A DNA stretch of 64,000 nt from positions 124,001 through 188,000 of the forward strand of contig JABVCE010000003.1 of assembly GCA_014905635.1 (NCBI GenBank). Direction: 5' to 3'. The position numbers and the translations under genes are program-made. This DNA comes from Scenedesmus sp. PABB004. Its lineage: Eukaryota. Below the pieces are notes generated by a model. The model did no database searches. It saw only the letters and a program-made list of their open reading frames with translations, and was not told the DNA's origin. Positions 16,882 through 27,180 of the stretch are shown here, piece after piece (the first letter of the stretch is position 1; the number at the start of each line of letters is the position of its first letter).

Positions 16882-17708
16882 TCACATGTACCACTTGAGC
16901 CGGGGGTCCTCGCGCATGGCGTTGAACGCTGCGACGACCTGGTCCGCTGACTCCACCCAGACCGGCCCGATGCGCACCGAGACGTACTTCCCCCCCGACG
17001 AGGGGCGCTCGCTCACGCACTCGCAGTGCACCGTGCCGACCACGCCCTCCACCGCGGCGAGCATCGCCGCGCGAAAGTCGGCGCCGCCGGTGCCGATCGC
17101 CGTGAAGGTGCGCTGCCCCGGGTATTTGTTGACCTGGCGGCGGCGGGCGCGGCGCGGCGCGGTGCGGTGAGACAGGCGGCTCGCGCGGTGAGAGGGAACG
17201 CCCCGCGCCGCGCGCCCCCACCCCGCCCGCCCTGCCGCCCTGCCGCCGCCCTGGCATCGCCGCCGCTGTGGCGCGCCTTCTTGTCGATCTTGCGCCACTC
17301 GTCCTCCGACACAAACGCCTTGAATCCCATGTCGCCCAGCGCGCCCTGCAGGCCGCCCGCCGCGTCGCGCCCGGTGCTGCTGGCGGGCTCGCCGCCCGCC
17401 GCGGCTGCTGCGCGGCGCGCGGCGGCGGGCGCGGCGCTCAGCGAGCGGCAGCGCCGGCGGGCCGCGGGCGCGCGAGGCGCGCTGCGCGCGCGAGACAGCA
17501 GCGAGGTGCCCCCCTCACCGCCGTCATCGGGCGCCGCGCGCAGCCGCCGCCGCGCGGGCTGCGGCCGCCGCCTGCTGCTGCCGCCGCTGCTGCTGCTGCT
17601 GCCGCTGCTGCGCGCCGGCGGCCGCGCGACCGCCGCCAGCCGGCTCGGCGCCGGCGCGGGTGCCTGCATGCGCGCGGGCAGGCACCGCCCTGCAGCTGCG
17701 GCGGCCAT
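16882..17708 (-). CDS. DUF493 (YbeD-like) plastid-targeted protein
   Basis: Transit-like N-terminus, then WRKIDKK|VNKYPGQRTFTAIGTGGADF...SSGGKYVSVRIGPVWVESADQV...DPRLKWYM. Confidence 0.8.
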
Positions 17709-18067
17709 GGCTGTGCCGGCGAGCGCTGCTCGCTGCGCTTGTGGGCAGCGGCGACCGGCGCCGCCGAGAGTCACCAGGCGGGCAGGGCGTGGGCCACAGT
17801 GCGCGGGAGACTGTGTCGTCAACGAGCTGCGGGGGAGAGCAAGCTCTGCTGAAGCGCGACCGCCAGGCTGCCGGCGGACGGCGGCGTCTTGCGCAGCGGC
17901 GCGGCGCGCACGCGCCAGAGCCCGCCGCGCCTCTGGACGACGCACGGCGCTTTGATCCTGCCGCCGTGCCCCCGCACTCGGCGCCCGCGCCCCCGCCTCG
18001 CCGGCGGCCGGCCGGCAGCAGCGGCAGCGCGCGGCGCCGGCGCCGCGCGCCGCCGCGTGCTTGCTTG

Positions 18068-18452
18068 ATGCCGGGCGCGCAGCAGGGCTCCAGCTCGGAC
18101 CGGTACATGCGCGCCTTCGCAGCCAGCCTGGCCGCCTGCTCCGCGCAGGCGCGCGGGGGGCGGCACCGGCAGCGCTGCTGCCGCACGCCGCTCCGCCGGC
18201 CGGCGGCGGCCCGGCCAACACCGCAGCCGCGCCGCGCCGCCGCAGGCGCAAGCGTATGGTGGCTGCCTCTCGGCGCGCCTGCCCGACGTGGAGAAGGGCT
18301 GCTGCCAGCAGGAGTTCCAGGCGCTGCGGCAGTGCTTCTTCAGAGAGGTGCGTGGCCGCGGCCGGGCGAGGGCTCCGCGCCCCGCCGATGGCCGCACCGA
18401 CGGGCTCGCCCGCGCGCCCGCGCCGCAGTTTAAAGCCCGCCGCCGCGGCTGA
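18068..18452 (+). CDS. NDUFAF8: Small twin-CX9C (CHCH) protein, NDUFAF8-like complex I assembly factor; introns 18149-18245 (GC-AG) and 18348-18428
   Basis: Spliced product MPGAQQGSSSDRYMRAFAASLAACSAQAQAYGGCLSARLPDVEKGCCQQEFQALRQCFFREFKARRRG* has two CX9C motifs. It is not present as a single ORF in the track. Confidence 0.72.
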
Positions 18453-18531
18453 GGCGGCGCCGGCGGCGCAGTCAGGCGGGCGCGCCTGCGCGGCGGAGGC
18501 AGCAGCAGCAGCAGCAGCAATACTTGGTCCA

Positions 18532-19725
18532 ATGACCAAGTTCAAGCGCCCGCTGGTGCCGGGCGCCTACCTCACCGCCGCAGACATGCTGGCGCTGCTG
18601 GCGGAGCAGCGCCTCGCCGCGGCTGCGCTGCCCGACGGCACGGTCGCGCTGGCCGCGCACCCCGCGGTGGCGTGGCTGCTGGACAGCTGCTGCGTCGGCC
18701 GCGGGGCGCAGAGCCGCGACGACGGCGGCGGCGGCGGCGGTGGGGAGGACGACGAGGGCGGCGAGGGCGGCGAGGGCGGCAGCGCCGCAGCGCCGCCGCA
18801 GCAGCCGCCGCAGCTTGAGCTGGTGACGGCGGCGGCGGGCGTGAACGCCGCGTGCCCCGAGCTGCAGGCGCAGTTTGAGGAGCACCTGCGGCAGGAGCTG
18901 CAGCGCCAGCAGCGCCGGGGCCGGCGGGGCAAACCCGCGCCCCAGCCGGGCGGCAGCGCCGCCGGCGCGCAGGGCGCAGGCGCGGGCGCCGACGGCGCTG
19001 GGGGAGGCGCAGTCCTGCTCGGGGAGCCGCCGCCGACCGACGGCGCGGCGGCAGCCGCCGGGCCAGGGGCCCAGGCGCCGGGCTTGGTCCCCCGCGAGCA
19101 GCCGCAGCAGGCACCCGGGAGCAGCGGCGCGGAGGTGCAGCTGGTGCGGCTGTCGCTGCCAGAGGCCTTCTTCCTGGCTCACGTGCTGGGCAGCTGCAGC
19201 GTGACCCCGGCGCCCGCTGCGCCCGGCGGCGGCGGCGCGCTCGGCGCGGGCGCGCTGTGGGGCTGGTGCTGCGCCGCGGCGCCGGGCGGCGCGGCCGCGT
19301 TTGCGACGCGCTTCGCGGCGTACCGCCACTTCCGGGCCAAGGGCTGGCTGCCGCTGCCGGGCCTGCCCTACGGCGGCGACTACGTGCTGTACGCGCTGCA
19401 CCCCGCGCTCGCGCACTCGGAGTTTGTCGTCACCGTCATGCTCGAGACCGCGCCCGCCGCGCTGCCCGCCGCGCCGGCGGCCGCCGGCGGCGCGGGCACG
19501 CCGGACGGCGCGCCGGCGCCGTCGCTCGCGTGGCTGGACGCGCACATCATGCAGCGCCTCGCGCGGCAGGTGCTCAAGCAGCTGCTGCTGCTCTACGTCG
19601 TCGCGCCGCCGGGGCTGAGCTTTGACCGCCCCGACTGCGTTGACCGCCTGGCGGTGCGGGAGGTGCTTGTGTCGCGCTGGGTGCCGTCCGAGCACCGCGA
19701 GGAGGCGCGGCGGCCGGGCGGGTGA
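18532..19725 (+). CDS. SEN2: tRNA-splicing endonuclease catalytic subunit (SEN2-like), intronless
   Basis: LSLPEAFFLAHVLG, FATRFAAYRHFRAKGWLPLPGLPYGGDYVLYALHPALAHSEFVV, RLARQVLKQLLLLYV and VREVLVSRWVP. The candidate Tyr/His/Lys catalytic triad is present. Confidence 0.87.
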   Translation: MTKFKRPLVPGAYLTAADMLALLAEQRLAAAALPDGTVALAAHPAVAWLLDSCCVGRGAQSRDDGGGGGGGEDDEGGEGGEGGSAAAPPQQPPQLELVTAAAGVNAACPELQAQFEEHLRQELQRQQRRGRRGKPAPQPGGSAAGAQGAGAGADGAGGGAVLLGEPPPTDGAAAAAGPGAQAPGLVPREQPQQAPGSSGAEVQLVRLSLPEAFFLAHVLGSCSVTPAPAAPGGGGALGAGALWGWCCAAAPGGAAAFATRFAAYRHFRAKGWLPLPGLPYGGDYVLYALHPALAHSEFVVTVMLETAPAALPAAPAAAGGAGTPDGAPAPSLAWLDAHIMQRLARQVLKQLLLLYVVAPPGLSFDRPDCVDRLAVREVLVSRWVPSEHREEARRPGG

Positions 19726-19926
19726 GGCGCGCGGTCTCGGCGTGGACGGCACCGCGGCAGCGGCGGCAGCGGCGGCAGCGGCGGCACGACAGAACCGCGC
19801 GCCGTGGGCGGTGCTGTTTTCGTGTCGTGAGCGTCTCGGGTGCGACGTTGGTGAGCAGGCCCGCCCACGGCCGGAGCGACATGCGAGAGGCGCCCCGCTC
19901 CGCCGCCAGCCCGCGCCGCCGCAGGC

Positions 19927-20936
19927 ATGGGCGTCCTGGACCTCTTCCGGCCGGCGCAGCGCAGCAAGCAGCAGTCCGCGCCGCCGGGCGGTCGCCGGCG
20001 AATCGTCGTTCCGCTTGACGACTCGCAGCCCAGCCTGCGAGCGCTGGAGTGGGCGGTGACGGAGCTGTTCCGACAAGGCGACGAGCTGCACCTGCTCTCC
20101 GTCACGCCGCGAGTCCCGGGGCCCTACCCGGCAGAGGTGCGCGTCGTGAACTCGCCCCTGGGCGACCCGCGCCCGCGCGGCCGGCGGCGGCGGCGCTGGC
20201 GCGTGGGGGCAGCCGCGGCGGGGGGCAGTGCCGCCGCAGCCGTCGCTGCCGCCGCTGCTCGGTCGATGACGGGCGAGCCGCCTGCCCCGCGCGCCAGGTG
20301 CTCGACGCCGACGTGCCGGCGGCCTCGTCAGACACCGTCAAGGCGTGGCGCAGCGAAGCGCACGCGCACGAGAGCGAGACAGAAGCGCTGCTCAGCTTCA
20401 TGCGGCACCACGCGGTCAACCTCGGGGTGCGACCCCCGCCGCGCGCCGCGCGCGGATCGCTGCGCCGCGCCCGCGGCTGGCTGCGCAGGCCGTCGCCGAG
20501 CTCACGCGGGCGCGCGCGCGCGCGCGCTGCCGGGGCGGGCGGCCAGGTGGAGGACGCGGCGGTCAAGGTCGCCGCGCTGGCGGCCACGGGCGGCGCGAGC
20601 GGCGTGGGCGCGTCGATCGCAGACTACGTGTCGGGCGCAGACGCGCACACGGTCGTGCTGGGCAGCCGCGGCCTCCACGGCTGGCAGCGGTGCGCCGCGC
20701 GCGCCGAGGCTGGGGCCGGCGCCGCCGGCGCAGCGCCCGGCAGCGGCCCAGCGCGCGCGCCGCCGCCGCCGCCGCCGCCCGCACACGCCGCCGCCGCCAC
20801 CGCCCGCGCGCATCGCTGCCGCTGGCCGCCGCGCGGCAGGCACTTTGCCAACCTGCTGGGCCTAGGCAGCGTGAGCTACTACACCGTGCTGCACAGCCAG
20901 GTGCCGGTCGTGGTCGTCAAGGGCGGGGAGCCGTGA
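19927..20936 (+). CDS. Universal stress protein A (USP) domain protein, multi-exon
   Basis: RRIVVPLDDSQPSLRALEWAV, VVLGSRG, LGLGSVSYYTVLHSQVPVVVVK. Confidence 0.9.
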
Positions 20937-20980
20937 TGCGCCGGCGGGGCGCGGAGCGGCATGCGCGTGCGCGCGCGCGC

Positions 20981-21011
<31 letters not shown>

Positions 21012-21695
21012 GGCGCAGGCAGGATTTGCCGACTGAACTGAGGCAGCGGGGCTGGTCGTGGGCGCCGCGCGTTGCGGTGCGCAACGTGAGAGCGAGCTGC
21101 GAGCGCGCCCGTGGCACTGGCCGCTGGCGCGGGGCTCCAACGCGGCGGCCGGCGGTCAGGCAGTGCAGGCGCGGTTGACGCGGCGACTGCCTGCGTGGCG
21201 CGCCGAGAGCGGCATGCCGGGGCGGGGGCCTCGCGCTGACTGCAACTGACTTAACTGACGGGGCGGTGCAGCACAAGACGCCTCGCGGCGCCCGCGCCTC
21301 CGCGCATCACGGCCACGCGCGCCGTGCATGCTGCCGACCGCGCCTACCGCACACCGCCACTAAGCCGCCAGCGCGCGCAGCCAGCGCGCCTGGCGTAGCG
21401 GGCGCGCGGGGAGCTGTGACGGGGGCGGCAGGGCCGCTGCGCGTGTGCGGCGAGCACGCACGGTCACGCGGGACGCCGACACAGCACCGGCGCCGGCGGC
21501 GACGGCAGCCAGGTTGTGAGGTGGCTACAGGTGGAGTGTGAGCATGCATCGGGTCTTAGCAGGAGTCAGCCCATCAGCCAGCTGGCTGATGGGCTGCAGC
21601 CCTCGCTGGCGCGCTCGCGCAGCGGCGGCGCCGAGCCCCCCCCCCCCCCGCCCAGGCCCGCCCCCGGTCACGGCACGCCGTCAGCTGCTCGTCTC

Positions 21696-23391
21696 TCACT
21701 TGGGCTTGCGGCCGGTGTTGATCCACGTCATCATGCGCTTCCCCCGCGCGCCCAGCCTGCAGCGCGGCTTGGGCAGGCGGTGGCCCGGGCGGAACGCCTT
21801 GTCAGCAAAGAGCTTCCGGTACTCTGCGCAGCTGTGCACGCCGTCGTCTGCGCGGCGGCGGCGGGGCGGCGTGTGCGGGCGCGCGTGAGTGAGTTCAGGC
21901 GTCACATCCCGCCGCGAGCCTGCTGCCGCTGCGCCACGTCGCGAGCTGCTGCTGTTGTTGTTGCTGCGGCCGGAGCCATGGCCACGGGCGGCGCCCGCCC
22001 GCGGCCCGCGCACGCGCCGTTGTGGTCGATGTGATCCAGGATTGCGCCCGCAAAAGTAAAGCCGACAAAGCCTCCCCCGCCGTCGGTGCGGTCGCCCTCG
22101 AAGCCGCCGTCACAGAAGGTTTGACTCAGCAGCCGCGCAAACTCGCCGACGGCCAGGCCGAGCACATCGTCCTTGTCAGCACACGCTGACTCGCCCGCTG
22201 GCGCCGGGCTGGTGCCGGCGGGCGCGGACCTGCTGCGTGACAGGCCGTACGTGCGGACGCAGGGCGCGCAGCCGCCGCTCGTGTTGCTGTGGGGCGAGCG
22301 CAGGGCGTTGGCGCGGGGCGGGGGGCGAGTCAGAGGGGGCCAACAAGGGTGGCGGGAGCTGCAGCACACACACAGCGCCAAACCCAGGCGGCAGGCGCAC
22401 TCACGCGTCGTTGCAGGGCTCAGGACACCCCTCGTCCATCCTGCCCGTGTTGCTGCGCAGGGGGCAGGCGAAGGCGGGCAGGTGGGCGGCGAGGGCAGCC
22501 GGCCTGCAAGCTGCGCTCCCGCGCGCGGCCGCGCCCCTGTGCGGCAACGGGCGCAGCGCAACGCGCGCCCACCTCAGGCAGTGGGCGTCCTTTCCGCCGT
22601 TGTCGCACGAGGGCTGGCCCTGCGCACGCGGGCGGCGGCGGCGGGTCACGGGCGGGGCGGCCGCGTCCCGCGCGACCGGTCGCGCTCGCGGCCGGCCACG
22701 CATGCTTTTCCCAGGCTGCAGGCACGCACGCACCCCGGGGCCGTAGACCGTCTTTTTCAGGATCGTGTCGTACATCGTCCAGTTTTGGCCGCAGCTCCCG
22801 CAGGGCTGGCAGTCGTGGCCCCTGCGGCGGCACGGCGCGCGCGGCGCGCGCGGCGCGGGCGCCCTCAGCGCTGCGCGCGGCGAGCTGGGGGCGGCCGCAC
22901 GCCCGACTGCCGGCTCACGCTGCGTTGCAGTCTGCGCGGCCGGTCGGTCGTTCATGCGAGCAGGCGTGGCGCGGGCGGCGCGGGCGGCGCCTGAGCAGGC
23001 GCGGCGGGCGGCCTGCCCGCACCGCGGCGTGCGCGCGCCGCGCGCTGCGCACATGCCACGTAGAGGTTGCCGTGGAGGCCCTTCAGCCACCCGCTGTTGT
23101 TGGTGTCGCCCTCAAAGTCGTAGACGTTGCCTGCACCGCGGCCAGCAGCAGTGGCGTCGGCGGCGCCAGGCTCCGCGCTGCGCGGCCGCGCCGGCGCCGC
23201 GCACCGTTGCACTTGTCGTAGTCCTCGGACCAGAACACGGAAGGCGTATCATCTCTGCCGGTGATGCTGTCAAAGGCGTAACCAACCGCGACGTTGCCGG
23301 GGCAGACGGAGGAGACGGTGATCCAGGCGCGCGCGCGGGGCGCCGCCGGGAGCAGCACCGCGGCGGCGGCAATCAGCAGCAGGCGGCGCAT
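21696..23391 (-). CDS. Putative secreted Cys-rich protein of unknown function, multi-exon
   Basis: Signal-like [23 protein letters not shown]. Exons with coding-like composition (WITVSSVCPGNVAVGYAFD, GHDCQPCGSCGQNWTMYD, DDGVHSCAEYRKLF) are separated by GT-AG introns. Confidence 0.6.
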
Positions 23392-23912
23392 GGCCGCTGG
23401 TTCTGCGGGCGGGGGTCCGGGCGCCGAGGAGTACTCAGGGGCCGGGACCGGGCGCTGAACAGTCCCGGGGGCCGCGCCGCGCCGCGCGTCACGCTCCGCG
23501 ACAGCAGGCCTTCCGGGGCGGTGCGCGGCGGCACTGCCAGGCAGCGCGCCTGGCCGGGTGGCTGTTAGTCTGGCTTTGGCAGCCCCTGGTAGGGTCGGCG
23601 CGGCGTCCCGAGCGGCCTTCGCGGCGTCGCCTGCTGCCGAGATGCCGGGGCGTGTCGAGCGCGGCGAGCGAGCGCGCACGTGCAGAGGCGGGTCGCGTGT
23701 GTGTGGCGCGTGTGGTGTAGTGGAGAATGGGCCGGCCGAACGCGGCGGCCGGAGGCGCTGCCCGAAACGGGGACAGTCGTCACTCCCGGCCGCGCGGCGC
23801 TTATCGTGTGACGCGGCGGCGGCACGTGGCGGCGGTACGCCGTGCGCGGGGGGTGCCTTGTGAGGCACCCGGCGTGTTTTGGCGGCACCGCCCCGCCGTG
23901 GCTGCCCGCACG

Positions 23913-24280
23913 CGCCGCCGCCGCCGCCGCCGCCGGCCGCGCGGCCGCGGGTCGCCCGGGGGCGAGTTCACGGCGCGCACCTCTGCCGGGTAGGGCCCCG
24001 GGACTCGCGGCGTGACGGAGAGCAGGTGCAGCTCGTCGCCTTGTCGGAACAGCTCCGTCACCGCCCACTCCAGCGCTCGCAGGCTGGGTTGCGAGTCGTC
24101 AAGCGGAACAACGATTCGCCGGCGACCGCCAGGCACCGCGGACTGCTGCTCGCTGCGCTGCGCCGGCCGGAAGAGGTCCAGGACGCCCATGCCTGCGGCG
24201 GCGCGGGCTGGCGGCCGAGCGGGGCGCCTCTCGCATGTCGCTCCGGCCGTGGCGGGCCTGCTCACCAACGTCGCGCCCGA
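23913..24280 (-). pseudogene. Inverted partial duplicate of the USP gene 5' region (5' UTR, exon 1, start of intron 1; source about 19836-20193)
   Basis: Encodes MGVLDLFRPAQRSEQQSAVPGGRRRIVVPLDD...PYPAE with a few substitutions versus 19927. Similarity ends inside the intron. Confidence 0.88.
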
Positions 24281-24480
24281 GGCGCTCCTTTTCTTCTAGT
24301 GTTGTGTGGGTTACGTGCCTTGTTGTGGATAGTTACACGCCTGGGGAGGCGGCGTCCGGACAGCCCCGGGGCAGCATCCTGGGGGCACCCGGCGACTCAA
24401 ATAGTGGAAGATTTGGAGCTGCGGTCAGGGCTGATTTGAGGTGTGCTGTTGATAGGTAGATGAATTGTCCGAAAGGTGCT

Positions 24481-24583
24481 GCACTGATGTCCGAGCGGTT
24501 TAAGGAGTTGGACTTGAATGGATTTAACACATCCAAGCGATCCAATGGGAGTTCCCGCGCAGGTTCGAATCCTGCTCAGTGCG
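24481..24583 (+). tRNA. tRNA-Ser(TGA) with a 21-nt canonical 37/38 intron (24519-24539)
   Basis: Acceptor stem GCACTGA/TCAGTGC, anticodon stem TTGGA/TCCAA, anticodon TGA at 24515-24517, variable arm GGGAGTTCCC, GGTTCGAATCC, G73, and downstream TTTT. Confidence 0.93.
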
Positions 24584-24606
24584 CACTGGCTGCGTCCAGA
24601 CGTTGC

Positions 24607-24678
24607 TTTTGCACTGCCCAGCAGCGCGCGATCGGTCAAGGCGTTTTGCACTGCCCAGCAGCGCGCGATCGGTCAAGG
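24607..24678. repeat. Two-copy tandem repeat, period 37 bp, including the tRNA T4 terminator
   Basis: TTTTGCACTGCCCAGCAGCGCGCGATCGGTCAAGG at 24607 and 24644. Confidence 0.88.
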
Positions 24679-24950
24679 TGTGTGTGCGGAGACAACACTG
24701 AGTGTGTGCAGGCGACGCTTTTGGGCGTGAGCGTGGCCACGGGCGGCAGCTGCGCGCGAGTGACTGACTATACCAAAGTGATGGGGTCCGTGTCTGCGCC
24801 GTAGGCGCTTGTTCACCCCTGGTAACGCCCTTCTTCCTTTGCACCCCGTTCCCGGCCTCGACCTAGACCGCGCGGAGGCTGGGGGCGGGTGGCGGCGCCG
24901 CCCCGGCAGCGCTGCGCGCGACGGGCTCTGTTGCAACGCCGCGCCGCGCC

Positions 24951-25045
24951 GCTCAGCCCGAGGCCTCGTCCGCGCCGCCGTTCGAGTCGCTGCCGTCGGC
25001 TCAGCCCGAGGCCTCGTCCGCGCCGCCGTCCGAGTCGCTGCCGTA
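24951..25045. repeat. Tandem duplication (period 49 bp) of the CWC2 C-terminal codons and stop
   Basis: GCTCAGCCCGAGGCCTCGTCCGCGCCGCCGT(T/C)CGAGTCGCTGCCGT occurs twice. Confidence 0.85.
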
Positions 25046-26831
25046 GCCCGCGAGCAGGCCCAGCCCGCCGCCGCCCGCCGCGCCCGCCGCGGGCGCCGCC
25101 GCACCTGCCGCGGGCGCCGCCGCGCCTGCCGCGGCCGCCGCCCCGCCGCCGCCCGGCGCGTGCGCGCGCTGCCGCCAGCCCTTGTACCAGGCGCCCGGCC
25201 CCTGCTGCTCCTCCTGCTGCTGCTGCTGCAGCGCCGTCTGCTGCGCGTGGTACGCCTCCCACGCCGCGGCGTGGGCGGCCGCGTCGGCCGCCGGCTGCCG
25301 CTGCTGCTGCTGCTGCTGTTGCTCGGCCGCCCCCTGCGCCGCCGCCTGCCGCGGCTCGCCGCCGCCGGCCTGCAGCTCGGCGCCGGGGATGCCGCGCCAC
25401 TCGTCAAACTGCTGCCGGCTGTTGCCGCCGCCGTCCGCGGGCGGCGGCGCGAGCAGCTGCTGCGGCATGCTGTCGGCCACCTCTGTCAGCTTGCGGGCGC
25501 GCGCCTGCTGCGCCATGGCCAGCCTGCGGGCGGCGACGGCGGCGGCGGCGCGCGGCGGCGGCGGCGTCAGCAAGGTCAGCCCGCGCCGCACGCCCTTGGT
25601 GGCGGTGCCGCCGCCGCGGGCCGCCGCGGGCCGCACCGCGCGCGCTTCTCCTCCGGCGGCAGCGCCTCCCACGCCTCCAGCGCCGCCGCCTCGGCCGCGT
25701 CCAGCGCGCTGCGCTTGCGCCCGATCACCGCCACGGGGTTGGGGTCCTCGTGCGCCCAGCACACGTCCAGCACCTGCGCCGCGCGGCGCAGCCTGGGCTT
25801 GCGCTCCGCGCGCGCGCGCGCGCGCCGCGCGGCGGCGGCGGCGGCGCCCGCGCGGCCCGGGGCCCCGGGCCGCCCGCCGCGCGGCGCGCGGCTCGCCTCG
25901 CCCTGCGTGGAGCCCTCGAGGTGCTGCCCGTCCATCGCCTCCTTGGCGAACTCTGCGCTCGCGCGCCAGTGGAAGCGCACGAACGCGATCGTCTTGCTCG
26001 GCACCACGTACACGCTGCGCACGGGGCCAAACGCGCCAAAGTTGGTCAGCAGCAGGTCGCGCAGGTGCTGCACCGCGTACGCGCCCGCGCCGCCGTAGTG
26101 CACGTAGAGCGTGGTCATGTCGCGCTGCAGCGTGGCCGCGGGCGCGTCGCCGCGGCGGCCGGTGCCGTCAAAGCGCTCCGGCAGCTTGTCGCGGCCAAAG
26201 ATGTCCGACCCCGTCGCGCGCGCGTACGCGGCGTCGTCGGCGGCGGTCGGCAGGCGGTGCAGGTAGGTGCACGCGGAGCCCTGGTAGCACATGCCCCTGT
26301 CGCGGGCGCGGGCGTGCGCGCGCGGGCGTGCGCGCGCGTGGGCGCGGCGTGCGCGGGCGCGCGGACGGGGCGCGCCGCGGCGCAGGCAGGCCCCCCTCCG
26401 GCGGCCGCGCCGCGCCGCTCCCTGCGGCGTGCGTGCGCGCGCGGCCGTAAGCGCCCGGCCGGCCACACGCCTGGCGAAGTAAAGGCAGAACGTGTTGATC
26501 TGGCCCAGGGTGCCGCGCGTCTTGCCCGCGTGCAGCGGCGGCACGCAGCGGAAGGCGCTCGCGTCGCGCTTCCTGCGCTCCCGGGGCTCGCCGCGGTCCG
26601 GGCGCGGCCCGCTGCGCCGCCCCGACCAGATGTTGACGGGGCCGTGCTGGTCCTTGCGCTCCGTCACGACCGGGCCGGGCACCTGCGGGGCAGGCCCAGC
26701 GGCCGGTCGCCGCGCGGGCCCGCCGCCGCTCGCCGCCGTCGGCGGCGCCGCCGTCGCACCTGCTTGCGCGCCGCCCGATCCAGGTACTGCGGCGGATCCA
26801 CCGCCGGCTGCTCCTCCGGCATGCCCGCCAT
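25001..26831 (-). CDS. CWC2: Pre-mRNA splicing factor Cwc2 (Torus/CCCH zinc finger + RRM), multi-exon
   Basis: YLDRAARKQV, VNIWSGRRSG, FCLYFARGMCYQGSACTYLHRLPT, DIFGRDK, TLYVHYGG, IAFVRFHWRASAEFAKEAMDGQHL, LDVCWAHEDPNP. Confidence 0.88.
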
Positions 26832-27180
26832 GGTGGGTGCCGAGAGCGCCGCGCGCCGCGGCAGGCGGCGCGAGGGGGTGCGGCACCGGGCGCGGCAGCG
26901 GGCGCGGCGGTCGAGCCGCCTGCAAACGCCGGAGCGGTGGAAAGTGAGACGGGTGGGCCACGCCGGGGCTGGTGTCGCGGCGAGCGGTGCGGCAGGCAGG
27001 CGGCGGGGCGGCCGCTCGAGCGCCGGCGCCGGCGCGCGGGGTCGCGCCGTCGCAGCGGCGCCGCTCACTTCCCGTCGCTCCGCGACTACACTGCACTCCT
27101 CTCCGTAGCGAGGGCGGGAGCACGCGCGCCGCCTCGGCTGCCACACGCGCGCGAGCAGCGGCGGGCGGCGCCTTGGCCGC

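Noticed and set aside
24607..25045. Short direct repeats as a CRISPR-like array
   Set aside because: Only two adjacent copies each, with no unique spacers, no cas genes, and a eukaryotic context.
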